Of a stretch of DNA of 64,000 bases, positions 1 through 12,222 are shown one piece after another. Made by a program: the position numbers and the translations under genes. Source of the DNA: Eledone cirrhosa (lineage: Eukaryota); contig OZ024745.1 of the NCBI GenBank assembly GCA_964016885.1, forward strand, positions 129,208,001 to 129,272,000. The letters run 5' to 3'. The notes below the pieces were generated by a model. That model saw nothing but the letters and a program-made list of their open reading frames with translations, searched no databases and had not been told where the DNA came from. Positions within the stretch are counted from its first letter, which is position 1. Every line of letters begins with the position of its first letter.

Positions 1-349
1 TTTTATGGCAAGTAAACGGCGTATGGTGACAATATAAGTTAACCCTTTAGTAAAATTCGGAGTAGTGACTCTATCTACTTATAGATGTTTCCATACTTGG
101 CTCCTAAACTCCACATAAGAGTATATAAGGGGAGGTGGTTGATGGTAATAGTAGTGACAATAGAAACTCTACTACTAAATACAGCGGAATATTAATATAA
201 TTTGATGGACTGAAATAAACAGCGACTACTACGTTTACTGTAGTTACTTTACTGGAATAATCCACGTATTTCGCCGTGCATGACACTCTATACATACACA
301 TATATGTAAACACACACGTACATACACCAAAACACACATACACACACAC

Positions 350-453
<104 letters not shown>

Positions 454-501
454 GTGTATGTATACGTACATACATATATGTATACATATATATATATATA
501 T

Positions 502-805
502 AAATATAAGTATGTATACGTACATACATATATGTATACAGACGTACACTATTATGTATATATATACATGCACACATATATATATATATATATGTACGTA
601 TGGATTTACCGAACATTTATTATAATGCTCGGTGTGTTTGTAAACAAACAGCCTGAATTAAGCCGTACAGTGTTTAGCAACCATCGTTGCCCTTTCGGTA
701 AATCCATACGTACATATATATATATGTGTGCATGTATGTATATATATACATACTACTGTACGTCTGTATACATATATGTATGTACGTATACATACTTATA
801 TTTAA
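502..805. mobile_element. Inverted-repeat non-autonomous element (PLE-tail family, same as 25908-26510)
   Basis: Arms ~502-612 and ~694-803 are reverse complements (AAATATAAGTATGTATACG...GGATTTACCGAA / TTCGGTAAATCC...CATACTTATATTT). Homologous to the HHR-bearing element at 25.9-26.5 kb. Confidence 0.75.
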
Positions 806-809
806 GTCA

Positions 810-1130
810 CGGGAAAAAAAGCAACCTTAACGGTTGGAGTTTCCTGGATAATGGAGATAATATTTTATTGAGGGTAATACAAAGTTATGAGTGAGTATGC
901 AAATTTACATACTCACTCATAACTTTGTATTACCCTCAATAAAATATTATCTCCATTATCCAGGAAACTCCAACCGTTAAGGTTCCCTTTTTTCCGGGTA
1001 TATCAATATTTATTTATAAAACAAATCTGTATTTTATCTGATGAAAGCGCACCATAATTTGCTTTGGTTGCCCTTGAAATATATATAATAAAATAAATAT
1101 GGTTTTATAAATATAGTTTCCATTTATTAA

Positions 1131-1140
<10 letters not shown>
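810..1140 (+). mobile_element. Fold-back PLE-derived element: palindrome plus hammerhead, ending in (TA)n
   Basis: Perfect 77-bp arms at 823-899 and 908-984, then an HHR at 1030-1095. The tail AAATAAATATGGTTTTATAAATATAGTTTCC is shared with 53572-53695. Confidence 0.8.
1030..1095 (+). ncRNA. Type I hammerhead ribozyme motif
   Basis: Stem I TATTTTAT/ATAAAATA; CTGATGA at 1038-1044; imperfect stem II AAGCGCACC...GGTTGCCCTT; GAAA at 1076-1079; palindromic stem III; predicted cleavage after AUA (1087). Confidence 0.8.
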
Positions 1141-1208
<68 letters not shown>

Positions 1209-1420
1209 GTTATTCCGGGTTGAATCGGAGGTAACCACAGTAAGTAAGGTACTAAATACATTGCAGAGTATAACAGTTTTAATATAGATGAGATTCTACA
1301 GGACTAGAACTGTTTCATTCTTTAGAAATCATCAGGAATCTCTTTATTTAATTTAGATATTCCTGATGATTTCTAAAGAATGAAACAATTCTAGTCCTGT
1401 AGAATCTCATCTATATTAAA

Positions 1421-1422
<2 letters not shown>
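1209..1422. mobile_element. Fold-back element with hammerheads on both strands, in (TA)n/(CA)n
   Basis: Inverted arms ~1276-1344 and 1355-1422. Same family at 20512-20698, 41505-41537, 50277-50332, 52571-52697 and 59914-60019. Confidence 0.85.
1290..1342 (-). ncRNA. Type I hammerhead ribozyme motif (inverted copy at 1356-1408, plus)
   Basis: Minus strand reads GAGATTC-CTGATGA-tTTCtaaaGAAt-GAA-ACAG ttctagtc CTGT-A-GAATCTC: 7-bp stem I, intact core, 4-bp stem III, GUA cleavage triplet. Confidence 0.9.
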
Positions 1423-1506
<84 letters not shown>

Positions 1507-1647
1507 AGTTTATGTTGGTTGTATACCAACACCCTAGTATGCAGGCTGGAGCACTCGACGAAGTGCGCAGGCTGGTTTGGTTACTCCGGAGTAGTGTAAA
1601 ATAAAGTTAAATAAAAGTCAAATGATTAAAATTTAGCTTCGTTTATT

Positions 1648-1702
1648 ACTGCTATATATATTTCAGTGACAGCCATCTTTGGCTGTGACCTCTTCAGGCA
1701 GT
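1648..1702 (-). ncRNA. Type I hammerhead ribozyme motif within a PLE-tail insert (1501-1817)
   Basis: ACTGC-CTGAAGA-GGTCACAGCCA aaga TGGCTGTCACT-GAAA-TATATA-TA-GCAGT. Homologous copy at 27979-28033. Confidence 0.85.
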
Positions 1703-1977
1703 TTGAATTAGTATGGTATAGACAAGTACATATGTTGTTTAGGTGTATAATATTGTCAATACTCTGATATGCCCAGTTCCTTGTTGGGTTGTTAATTCAC
1801 TGAGGAACTGGAGTCATATATATGTGTGTGTGTGTGTGTGTATTTATATATATATACACACACATGTATACATATATATGTATATATATATATATATGTG
1901 TGTGTGTATATATATATATATTTATGTGTGTATATATATATATACACATATGTATATATACATATACTTTCTATTCT

Positions 1978-2104
<127 letters not shown>

Positions 2105-2547
2105 TATATATACACATATGTGTGTTTATATATTACATACCTTTCCTGCATACGCATACGTGTTAATGCTATTTTGTACCATTGTATAGACTTTCAGAAA
2201 TGGATCTTCAACGCTCCTGCAGTATAGGCGCGAAATTAGAATTGAATTAAGCAGTGTCGTCATGCCAACTAACAGAACATATCTTTACACATTTTAGCTG
2301 ATTGCTTTGCGAACAATAGTACATTTTTTTCTGAATTATGTCAACATGGCGCTTTACTGCAACCACGCAAATACGCCCATACACACGCACATATACACAT
2401 ACACATAGCACACATTAATACAATATTATGGAGGTTTGTGTAGAGTTTACTATTATGTGTTTCTAATGGAAATAAGACCGTTAAAATCCATACTTTCTAT
2501 TTACTCAGATATTCTCGTTGATATTAGAAATGTATTAAGAGGTGTGT

Positions 2548-2640
<93 letters not shown>

Positions 2641-2737
2641 TGTGTGTTTGTTTTTCTCCAATACACATCGTTAATATTTGCATGAAACCTTAGAAAGTAT
2701 TTACTGCTATAGTCTTCTTTTAATATTACACACCATA

Positions 2738-3482
2738 GTGGATTAGCAGTATCCATGTAGATTCGGCCGCCATGCTTTCCAGCATAGAGTTACGTCACTT
2801 TACGGTCTGATTTCAAATCCAGCCGAGGTTAACTTTATTTGTGCAAAAAGTAGAAACCATTAATATTGGATTGGCAGTATCGGTAAAGAGCCGGACGGCA
2901 TGCTTTGCAGCATAGAGTTATCGCCCTTTATGTTCTGAGTTCAAATCCCGCCGAGGTTAACTTTGCCTTTCATCCTTATGGGTTCAATAAAATAAAGTAC
3001 CAGTAATGCACTGGGGTAATTGCTGGTCTTGTGCCAAAAGTAGAAACAATTATTATTGGAATGGTAGTATCGGTAAAGAGTCGAACGCCATGCTTTGCAG
3101 CATAGAGTTATTGCCCTTTACGTTATGAGTTCAAATCCCGCCGTGGTTAACTTTGCTTTTCATCCTTACGGGTTCAATAAAGTAAAGTACCAGTAATGCA
3201 CTGGGGTAATTGCTGGCCTTGTGCCAAAAGTAGAAACAATATTACACTCCATAAGGGCGGTAAATTGGCAGTATAGGTGGAGTGTCGGACGACACTCTTT
3301 ATGGCATTGGCATAGAGTTACGGCTCTTTACGATCTAAGTTCAAATCCCGCCGAGTTTAACTTTGCCTTTCATTGTTACGGCGTCGATAAAATAAACTAC
3401 CAGTAATGCACTGGGGTTGATATAATCGACTTTCCCCTCTCCCCCAAATGATTCACCTCGTGCCTAAATCAGAAACCAACAT
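2738..3482 (+). mobile_element. Four tandem copies of a tRNA-derived SINE (~190-230 bp, first copy truncated)
   Basis: A-box-like TGGCAGTATCGG, B-box GAGTTCAAATCC, conserved body GATAAAATAAAGTACCAGT and end GGCCTTGTGCCAAAAGTAGAAAC. Family repeated throughout the window. Confidence 0.9.
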
Positions 3483-3847
3483 TACACTCCATTTTCTTCT
3501 CATCAGTGTTGTAGAGTTTGAAAAATGGGCATTTTAAATCAAAATACAAGGAACACTGAAGCACAAAAATTAGCGAGATACTTTTAAAACGGTAAGGAGT
3601 GATTCGAAGAAATTTAGCTACTATTTCTTGCAGGTCAAGCAACTACGTAGAGGTTGCTTCCCTATATGAGATACGTTAGTGTGTAATTTGATGGTAATTT
3701 ATTGCAATGTCTAGTGGGTTGAGCGATCATGTAGAGGTTGCTCTTTGGTCATTTCTCTATGTATAAGGAATTGGAAATTATTTTCCTTGTTTATCAAATT
3801 CATAGATTTATCTTTTTCCTATTTTTTTATGATGGTTTCAATATTCA

Positions 3848-4046
3848 AGTAAAATTCCGTTATAACGAATGCCATTATAACGAATTTTTCAGTATAACGA
3901 TATTTCTTTCAATCCCCGATGTAATAAGATCAACCAAAACAAACGCTCAATATGTTTTGGTCGATCTCGTTATAAAGAATTTTTCGTTAAAAACAAGTTT
4001 TTTATGCCCCCCCCCCCCGTGAATTTCGTTATAACGGAATTTCACT
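3848..4046. mobile_element. MITE (Tc1/mariner-pogo-like)
   Basis: TIRs AGTAAAATTCCGTTATAACGAA / TTCGTTATAACGGAATTTCACT with internal TTATAACGAA sub-repeats. Confidence 0.75.
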
Positions 4047-4246
4047 CTATTCTACTGACTGTTTGATGGATTTTGATTTGTTGTGTAAGCCCAGGTCAGC
4101 TTTGATCCAACTTACCTATATTGGTGGAACATCTAGGTGTAATCTACAAATCCATAAATCTGGATATGTCATACCTTGTCTAGTTCTGAACAATAGTGCA
4201 TATTATAGCTTTGTACTTAGGGAAAAGATATGGCCATGTAATATGG

Positions 4247-4835
4247 TTCTTCTTCTTCTTCTTCTTCTTCTTTTTTCTTCTTCTTCTTCTTCTTCTTCTT
4301 CTTCTTCTTCTTCTTCTTCTTCTTCTTCTTCTTCTTCTTCTTCTTCTTCTTCTTCTTCTTCTTCTTCTTCTTCTTCTTCTTCTTCTTCTTCTTCTTCTTC
4401 TTCTTCCTGAATGGGTCTTGGGAGGCAGAGTCTTCAAACACCCGTTCAAGTAGGTCCGGTCAGAAGCAACCATCTCCAACGGATCAAGCTGGATCCCAAA
4501 GCGAGATCAACTGAGCTTATGGATATTATCCAACCATATTACTCGGGATTTACCTGTGGCTCTCCTCCTGGGTGGTTTTGTCTGTAAAACCTGTCCAGAG
4601 ACATTCTAACCATATGCCCGTAGTATCGGAACTGAGATCCATCAATTCGGAGAAGTAGTAGCTCGACATGGAATGACTTTCTGATCTCCGAGCTACGCAC
4701 TTTATCGAGTAACGCTACTCCAAAGACCCTTCGGTAGAACCTCATTTCAGAGGCTTGTATTCGCGATCGTATTCTTTCGCTCATTACCCAATATTCATGA
4801 CCATAGGTGAGGGTTGGCACGAATAAAGATTTGAA
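4247..4835 (-). mobile_element. RTE-clade LINE 3' fragment with (GAA)n tail
   Basis: ORF 4539-4820 PTLTYGHEYW...QASEMRFYRR..GVALLDKVRSSEIR...YYGHMVRM is typical of an RTE ORF2 C-terminus. The (TTC)n tract 4247-4406 lies at its 3' end. Confidence 0.85.
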
Positions 4836-5060
4836 GACTACACTATTAAATAAATGCTTCTTTCTATTTTTAAGGTGACTGGGGTATATTAGCAGACCAA
4901 ACGACTAAATTGAAATTTCCAAGATAAATGTTAAAACAACAAAGCCTAGACATTGAACAATGGCCGTACAGTTTAAACCATAAAATTGCTCGACATTGTT
5001 CAACTTTCTTAATCTCTGTTAGTTATGTTTTCAACACAATGTATATATACATACATATAT

Positions 5061-5114
<54 letters not shown>

Positions 5115-5148
5115 CACAGACAGACTGACAGATATGTATACATACAGA

Positions 5149-5299
<151 letters not shown>

Positions 5300-5393
5300 A
5301 TATAAAGAGAAGGAGAGATAGAGAAAGAGAGAGAGTCAAGAATAGCAGATAAAGTAATGAAAGTATAAACCAGCTAGACACAGGAACATACGT

Positions 5394-5500
<107 letters not shown>

Positions 5501-5605
5501 CATTATCTATCTGTCTATTTAACTGCCTGCTTGTCTATCTGTCTGTCTCTGTGTCTCTGTCTAACCATCACTATCTCTCACTTTCACTCTCTTTTTATCT
5601 ATCTA

Positions 5606-5672
<67 letters not shown>

Positions 5673-5702
5673 ATCTATCTATCTATCTATCTATCTATTA
5701 TT

Positions 5703-6472
5703 ACCAGTTCGAGACAAGCTCTACAGACATGGGCGCCCGGGCAGGCACCCTGCAAAAAAGATCTGTCCGAGGTGCGTGCGAGACGAACAAACCGTCGCGC
5801 ACTCATTCATACACTGCCCGGGCGTTACCGACCTGTGGGGCTATGTAGAACGACTATTGTCGCGGGTGGGACCAATCCGGTTGACCACCGAGTCCATTGT
5901 CATGATCAAACCACCACCCTCCTTCAAAAACGAAGGAGAGGCGGTTTTCCTTTGTGTGATAGCTATGGCGAAAGAGGTTGTATGGTGGACGAGGTTGAAA
6001 GGGCTGAGGTCAGACACCTTTCTCTCCGGCCGACAACTGATTCTTTTTTTCAAATACCACTTTGGAAGAAGAATCAGGATGGAGAGAGAGGTGCTGTACC
6101 CCAGGATGGAGAGAGAGGTGCTGTACCCCAGGATGGAGAGAGAGGTGCTGTACCCCAGCAAGTTTTATGAAAGGTGGGTGAAAGTGGCGAGAATGGCCCG
6201 AGTGAATGGGCCTTCTCTCTATATCAGCCTGTAGGTTGAGGAAAAAGAGGAGGAGAGGAAAGGAGTACAAACTCTTTGTACTCCTGGAGATGAGAGTTGC
6301 ACATTTTTTTTCGGGGGTATGTGCTACCCATATGTAATGTCTCCCCTATTGGGGAAAATCGACTAATTTTTAAATTGCATTTGTGATAATATTTTACACG
6401 TTTTTATTGTATGTAAACTTCCCCCTTTGTATTTGTCCCCTTCTTTTGTGCCCCTGTGGCTAATAAAGAAAC
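5703..6472 (+). mobile_element. Tx1/L1-clade LINE 3' fragment 1
   Basis: LPVRDKLYRHG...CPRC..ETVAHSFIHC matches the ORF2 C-terminus at 54.6-55.1 kb. Contains a 27-bp triplication at ~6077-6157 and ends GTGGCTAATAAAGAAA followed by TATC repeats. Confidence 0.9.
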
Positions 6473-6487
6473 ATATCTATTTATCTA

Positions 6488-7078
6488 TTATGTCGAACAG
6501 CTGCTGTCACGTGTGGGACGCATCCAGTTGTCAGCCGAGTCCATTGTGAGGATCACCCCGCCGCCTTCATTAAAGAATGAAGGAGAGGCTGTTTTCCTCT
6601 GTCTGGTGGCTATGGCGAAAGAGGTAATAGGGTGGACGAGGTTAAAAGGACTGAGGGCAAACACCTTTCTCTCCGGACAACAACTTATCCCCTTCTTTAA
6701 GTATCACTTCAGAAGGAAGGTGAGAGTGGAGAGAGAGGTGCTACACCCCAGTAAATTCGCTGAAAGGTGGGTGAATGTGGCGAAAATGGCCCGAGTGAAT
6801 GGGGTTTCTCTGTATATAAACCTGTAGGTTGAGGAAGATAAACAGAGGGAAGACAGGAACACCTACAAAACGTGTTCTTGGTGTTGAGGCTTGTTCTATC
6901 CACGGGGTGTAAAACAACCCTGCAGTAACGTTCCCCCCTACTGGGGATTTCAATTGTTATTTTATTATATATAGTTTATTGTTATTTATTAATGTTAAAG
7001 TTATTTTTATGTAAAACCCCCGCCGTCACGTCTTGTAATGTCCCTTTTTTGTACGCCCCTGTGGCAAATAAAGAAATA
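6488..7078 (+). mobile_element. Tx1/L1-clade LINE 3' fragment 2
   Basis: YVEQLLSRVGRIQLSAESIVRI...ARVNGVSLYINL, then a 3' UTR ending GTGGCAAATAAAGAAA followed by (TATC)n. Confidence 0.9.
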
Positions 7079-7094
7079 TATCTATCTATCTATC

Positions 7095-7345
7095 TAAACC
7101 TGTAGGTTAAAGAAGAGAGCAAAAGGAAGAAGGGAGAACTTGCACAACACGCTCCTGAAGTTGAAGGTTGTTCTATCAACGGGCTATTAAACAACCCATT
7201 TATGGCGCCTCCCCCCTATTGGGGATCTCGATTGTTATAATTGTTTGTTTTATATATTTTTTACACGACTGTATGTAAAATTCCCGGCATGTGTTTTTGT
7301 ATTGTCCCCTTTTCTTGTGCGCCCTTGTGGACTAATAAAGAAATA
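7095..7345 (+). mobile_element. Tx1/L1-clade LINE 3' UTR fragment 3
   Basis: Starts AACCTGTAGGTT (end of ORF2) and ends GTGGACTAATAAAGAAA followed by TATC repeats. Similar to the UTR of fragment 2. Confidence 0.8.
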
Positions 7346-7430
7346 TATCTATCTATATATCTGCCAATCTGTGTCTCTCCATATATCTCTATCTACCCAA
7401 CACTCTCTCTCTCTTCCTCTCTCTCTGAAT

Positions 7431-7482
<52 letters not shown>

Positions 7483-7740
7483 ATATCTATCTATCTATCC
7501 ATCCAATCACCCCATCCACCCATCCATCTACTGCTTTCAGATTTTTCTTCTATCCTTCTCTTTACACTGGGAAGTGTATTAATCAACTCCCACTCCAACC
7601 ATTTCCCACTCTATAGCTATCTCTTTCCTTCTTTTCCTTCATATTTATAGATACACATATGTATATATAACCACACAAACCTTGAAGGAGCACTCCGGTT
7701 CATTTATATAAATACATACAAGCACACACATATATATATT

Positions 7741-8080
7741 CACGTGACCTCTACCGACCAATCAAAATTGTTTTGACTACAAGAATTTTTGCAACACGAA
7801 TTGGCGCGAAATTTTAGTACTTATTCACGTGACATTCAACAATCAACCAAATCTTAATACCTCTGGAGCCACTTTTTTTACATAAAACAGGAAGAATTTC
7901 CAAAACTGAACAGATTAGAGCAAACATCACGAACGCTCTATCTCAAAATTATTTTTGAAAAGCATTAGAAATGCGCAACCGGTAAAAAGTTAAAACTAAA
8001 ACTGAATACTAACTAATACTTATTCCTAATTAAACTATTTTTCACTGGGAAAAATTTGTCAGCATTTTCTTTTCCTTTTA

Positions 8081-8083
<3 letters not shown>
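7741..8083 (+). mobile_element. PLE-tail-like insert in (TA)n with degenerate U3-A8 hammerhead (7952-7988)
   Basis: TTT-TTGAAAA-GCATTagaAATGC-GCAAC-CG-GTA-AAA, with GAAA mutated to GCAA. Confidence 0.6.
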
Positions 8084-8127
<44 letters not shown>

Positions 8128-8229
8128 ACATATATATCCACATATGTATATATATATATATGTATATATATATATGTGTGTGTGTGTGTGCGTATGTCTG
8201 TGTGTGTGAGTATATATATATGTCTGTAT

Positions 8230-8267
<38 letters not shown>

Positions 8268-8339
8268 CCACATATGTATGTATATATATATATATGTGTG
8301 TATGAGTATATATATATGTGTATGTACACACACAAATAA

Positions 8340-8375
<36 letters not shown>

Positions 8376-8407
8376 ATGACTGTGTGTGTGAGTATATATA
8401 TGTGTAT

Positions 8408-8466
<59 letters not shown>

Positions 8467-8511
8467 TATATATATATATATCCACATATATATATATATA
8501 TATATATTTAA

Positions 8512-8723
8512 AAGTTAAACAAGTTTCAATGAATACATCAAAGAATCAGTTTTACAATAGATTGGAAGGTTTTCCAGAGTTGTTAATATTAATTCAAAAT
8601 ATTAACAAAATAGATATTCTTGTGATCAAGTATATTTTATTATACATATTTCAGGGTTACTGAGTTAAAAATATACTTGATCACAAGAATATCTATTTTG
8701 TTAATATTTTGAATTAATATTTA
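8512..8723 (-). mobile_element. Fold-back element truncated inside hammerhead stem II
   Basis: Arms ~8585-8638 and 8668-8721. The minus-strand spacer reads GAAAT-ATGT-ATA-ATAAAATA, the 3' half of an HHR. Confidence 0.7.
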
Positions 8724-8748
8724 CATATATATATATATATATATATGT

Positions 8749-8792
<44 letters not shown>

Positions 8793-8794
<2 letters not shown>

Positions 8795-8998
8795 CAAAGG
8801 AATTGTGGTAAAGAACCAGATGGACCATAACGCACCAGAGTACTCAATACTTAGGGTAGTAGAGTGGGTAATAGGAAAAAGTATGACCGTGACGGCAGAG
8901 CTCAAGCCGTTTCGACGGCTCTATCTGGACTAAATTCAGTCCCAAAATAGCCGTCGAAACGGCTTGAGCTCTGCCGTCGGGGTCATACTTTTTCCTAT
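8793..8998. mobile_element. Fold-back element centred on hammerhead stem II
   Basis: Arms ~8871-8920 and 8950-8998, each reading GAAACGGC-ttgagctct-GCCGTC (stem III plus GUC). Homologue at 20718-20910. Confidence 0.8.
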
Positions 8999-9026
8999 AT
9001 ATATATATATATAAGCTCGTGTGTGA

Positions 9027-9065
<39 letters not shown>

Positions 9066-9076
9066 CTCGTGTGTGA

Positions 9077-9121
<45 letters not shown>

Positions 9122-9132
9122 CTCGTGTGTGA

Positions 9133-9189
<57 letters not shown>

Positions 9190-9200
9190 CTCGTGTGTGA

Positions 9201-9237
<37 letters not shown>

Positions 9238-9248
9238 CTCGTGTGTGA

Positions 9249-9317
<69 letters not shown>

Positions 9318-9328
9318 CTCGTGTGTGA

Positions 9329-9380
<52 letters not shown>
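8998..9380. repeat. Compound tandem repeat [AGCTCGTGTGTGAG(TA)n] x6
   Basis: Six identical 14-bp cores separated by variable-length TA tracts. Confidence 0.9.
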
Positions 9381-9383
<3 letters not shown>

Positions 9384-9681
9384 AATATATGTATATGGTT
9401 CATGACACCGCCCAGGTTGTTTGGCAGGGAGGGAGGAGGAGGTAACGATAGCTGTTTGGACAGAATAAACAATGAACAAGTCTGTGGATCTAGTTGGCAA
9501 TGTCTGAAACGTGTAACCGAGAAGTGGAGCTCGAGGCCACAAGGTCAGCCTTCCATACTAATTAGAGAGTCCATGACTGTAATACTTGTAGAGTTGCGGT
9601 GGTGCTATAGAGTAAGTATTGCAGAGAGAGAGAGAGAGAGATAATGAGAGAGTGAGAGAGAGAGAGAGGGAGAGAGAGAGA

Positions 9682-9761
<80 letters not shown>

Positions 9762-9863
9762 AGGGGCTTGTTCGCTACCATGACATTGCCAAGAACCCAT
9801 TCAATAAGGCCTGACATACAAACAAGCATATATGCAGGTAGATATAATCTGCACGCCAAAGGA

Positions 9864-10026
<163 letters not shown>

Positions 10027-10070
10027 CCTCTCTTACTCTCACTATATTCTGTATATATATATATATATAT

Positions 10071-10945
10071 AAATGAAGTATTTCCGTCGGAAAGGTACAG
10101 GAAAAAAGAGTGCTCTGTGTAGGCTACAGAGTTTATTAGTTATGTAATAAACAACATAAGATAATTATTTCATCATACACAATGGATTTGATATTACATT
10201 TACCCTGTAATGGGCATTCTTCCGGCTTCCTGCAACTGCATCCTGGACTATAGCGGATGGCAAGACTCTTTGTGTATATATCTTAAATTCTCGTTAGGTT
10301 TATGATAAGGTTTAAAAGAGGCGGTATGTAGATCAAGAAAGTTAGTATTAGTAAGATTCGTATCTATAGTAATTTTAAGGTTTAGGTTAGTAAAGGTATT
10401 GATTAAGTCGTTACGGAATTTATCAAGGTTATGGCCGTTGGTGGTATCAGAAACTGCCAAACCGTTGTCTCGTTATAAACCGATATTATGGCAAGGAAAT
10501 TTCTCTTTAAGGGTGTGAAGGAGGAATAATCCTACTAGGTCGCACACATCAGCATTATCATATAAACCCATCGCAACATCAAAAGAATTTTCAGGGCTTG
10601 ATTTTTTTAACCCAAGTACTTTCATTAGCAAAGAGTAGTGTTTTCCTAGCATGAAATATAACGTCTTCTTCTAATTTAGAAATATTAATAAAAGGTCTTG
10701 CAAAATCTAAGGCTTTTGTTAATAAGGATTCAGTGATAGAGGGGTAAAAATCAACAATATCAAATTGGGTAAATCTACACTTACTTTTTCCTTGTTTATT
10801 ATTAAACAAAGAAATAACAGAGGATGTATTTAACCATTGTGATAAGTCAGTCATAGTTCTTATTTGAAGTATTATTTTTCTTAAGATTTTTTTACTTGCA
10901 AGGCCAACATCAGATTTAGCAGGGTTGATTAGTCTACCCTAGGCC
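10071..10945 (-). mobile_element. Internally deleted Penelope-like retroelement (RT core, Cys linker, start of GIY-YIG, 3' tail)
   Basis: Minus-strand translation across frameshifts: GRLINPAKSDVG; QWLNTSSVI; FTQFDIVDFYPSI; FDVAMGLYDNADVCDLVGL; IGLYRDNGL; NFLDL..FKPYHKPNENLRYIHKESCHP; CSCRKPEECPLQGKCNIKSIVY. The tail matches 48801-48839 and 53056-53125. Confidence 0.85.
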
Positions 10946-11036
10946 GATTAGTAATTCATTTATACAGCTCCAGCCGGGAATGATCGATTTGATTGGCACC
11001 TTCCAGCCCGATAAGTTGAGCACTCTACAGTTTCAG

Positions 11037-11091
<55 letters not shown>

Positions 11092-11115
11092 GTGTGTATA
11101 CATATTTATACTGTA

Positions 11116-11214
11116 CTGGGTGTCCCCCCAAAATGTATAAACATTTCAACAACATTCTAATAAATATTGCCTGTACAGGTAATCAAAGTGTATATACATT
11201 TTTTGGACACCCTG
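11116..11214. mobile_element. Small mariner-like MITE
   Basis: TIRs CTGGGTGTCC...AAAATGTATA / TATACATTTT...GGACACCCTG, flanked by TA on both sides. Confidence 0.75.
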
Positions 11215-11317
11215 TATATATACACACACACACATATATATATCTATATATACACATATATATGACTCTGTACACCCGTTATCATATAATATAAACATAT
11301 ATTTATTATATGTATTC

Positions 11318-11363
<46 letters not shown>

Positions 11364-11594
11364 GTAAAAACATACACGCACGCACAAACACGCACATATA
11401 CACATTTGCAGTAGCACTTAAACAGTGATTTCTAATTGAGGTATATATAAAAGCATATACAGTATGTTTATGTATAATAAACTGAGATAAATCTCGCTGT
11501 GGGTATCTTCAGATGACATCATGCCACAGCTACCACATTAACCCTATGAAAACGCTATATACTATAGGGTTTCAGGATTTACTCGCTTGGTACT

Positions 11595-11735
11595 GGCGCA
11601 TGGCTTAGCGGTTAGAGCATTGGGCCTGCAATCGAAAGGTTGTCAGTTCAATTCTCGGACAGGGTGATGTGTTGTTTCCTTGAGCAAGACACTTTATTTC
11701 CCGTTGCTCCAGTTTACTCAACTTTAGAAATGAGG
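11595..11735 (+). mobile_element. tRNA-derived CORE-type SINE
   Basis: TGGCTTAGCGGTTAG A-box, AGTTCAATTC B-box and CORE-like CCTTGAGCAAGACACTT. Related copies at 17929-18157 and 43120-43400. Confidence 0.7.
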
Positions 11736-11864
11736 TGATAGGACTGGGGTCCCTATCATTAAATTACCGAAGACACCTCCAACGAGATATACCTTGGAGG
11801 AGGCCAGCTAAACCTGCATAGGTGTGAGCTGTCACACACACTGGGGCACATATATATGCTATCT

Positions 11865-12184
11865 ATTACATATCCTATTCATTGTTTTACGATCGTTTCA
11901 GAGGGTTGATCATCACGATATATTGACTGATCTATAGCAGTTATAGAACTGAATACTATCAGACATAATATATGGGTTCGATCATACCGTCTCCATCGGA
12001 TTTGATCGAACCCATATATGTCTGATAGTATTCAGTTCTATAACTGCTATAGATCAGTCAATATATCGATATGATCAACCATCTGAAACGATCGTAAAAC
12101 AATGAATAGGACATGTAAAATAATTTGCCTTTGTTATCATTGTTAAAAAAAAACTATATCAGACTCTGTATAAAAGACTAATAT

Positions 12185-12190
<6 letters not shown>
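11865..12190. mobile_element. Fold-back element with long-stem-II hammerhead remnants
   Basis: Arms ~11865-11981 and 12003-12118, each ending GAAAC-GATC-GTA. The 5' core is degenerate (ATGGAGA on minus). The plus-strand tail runs into (TA)n. Confidence 0.75.

Positions 12191-12222
<32 letters not shown>

Noticed and set aside
2867-2960. tRNA gene
   Set aside because: The A and B boxes belong to a SINE head. There is no cloverleaf and the sequence continues into the SINE body.
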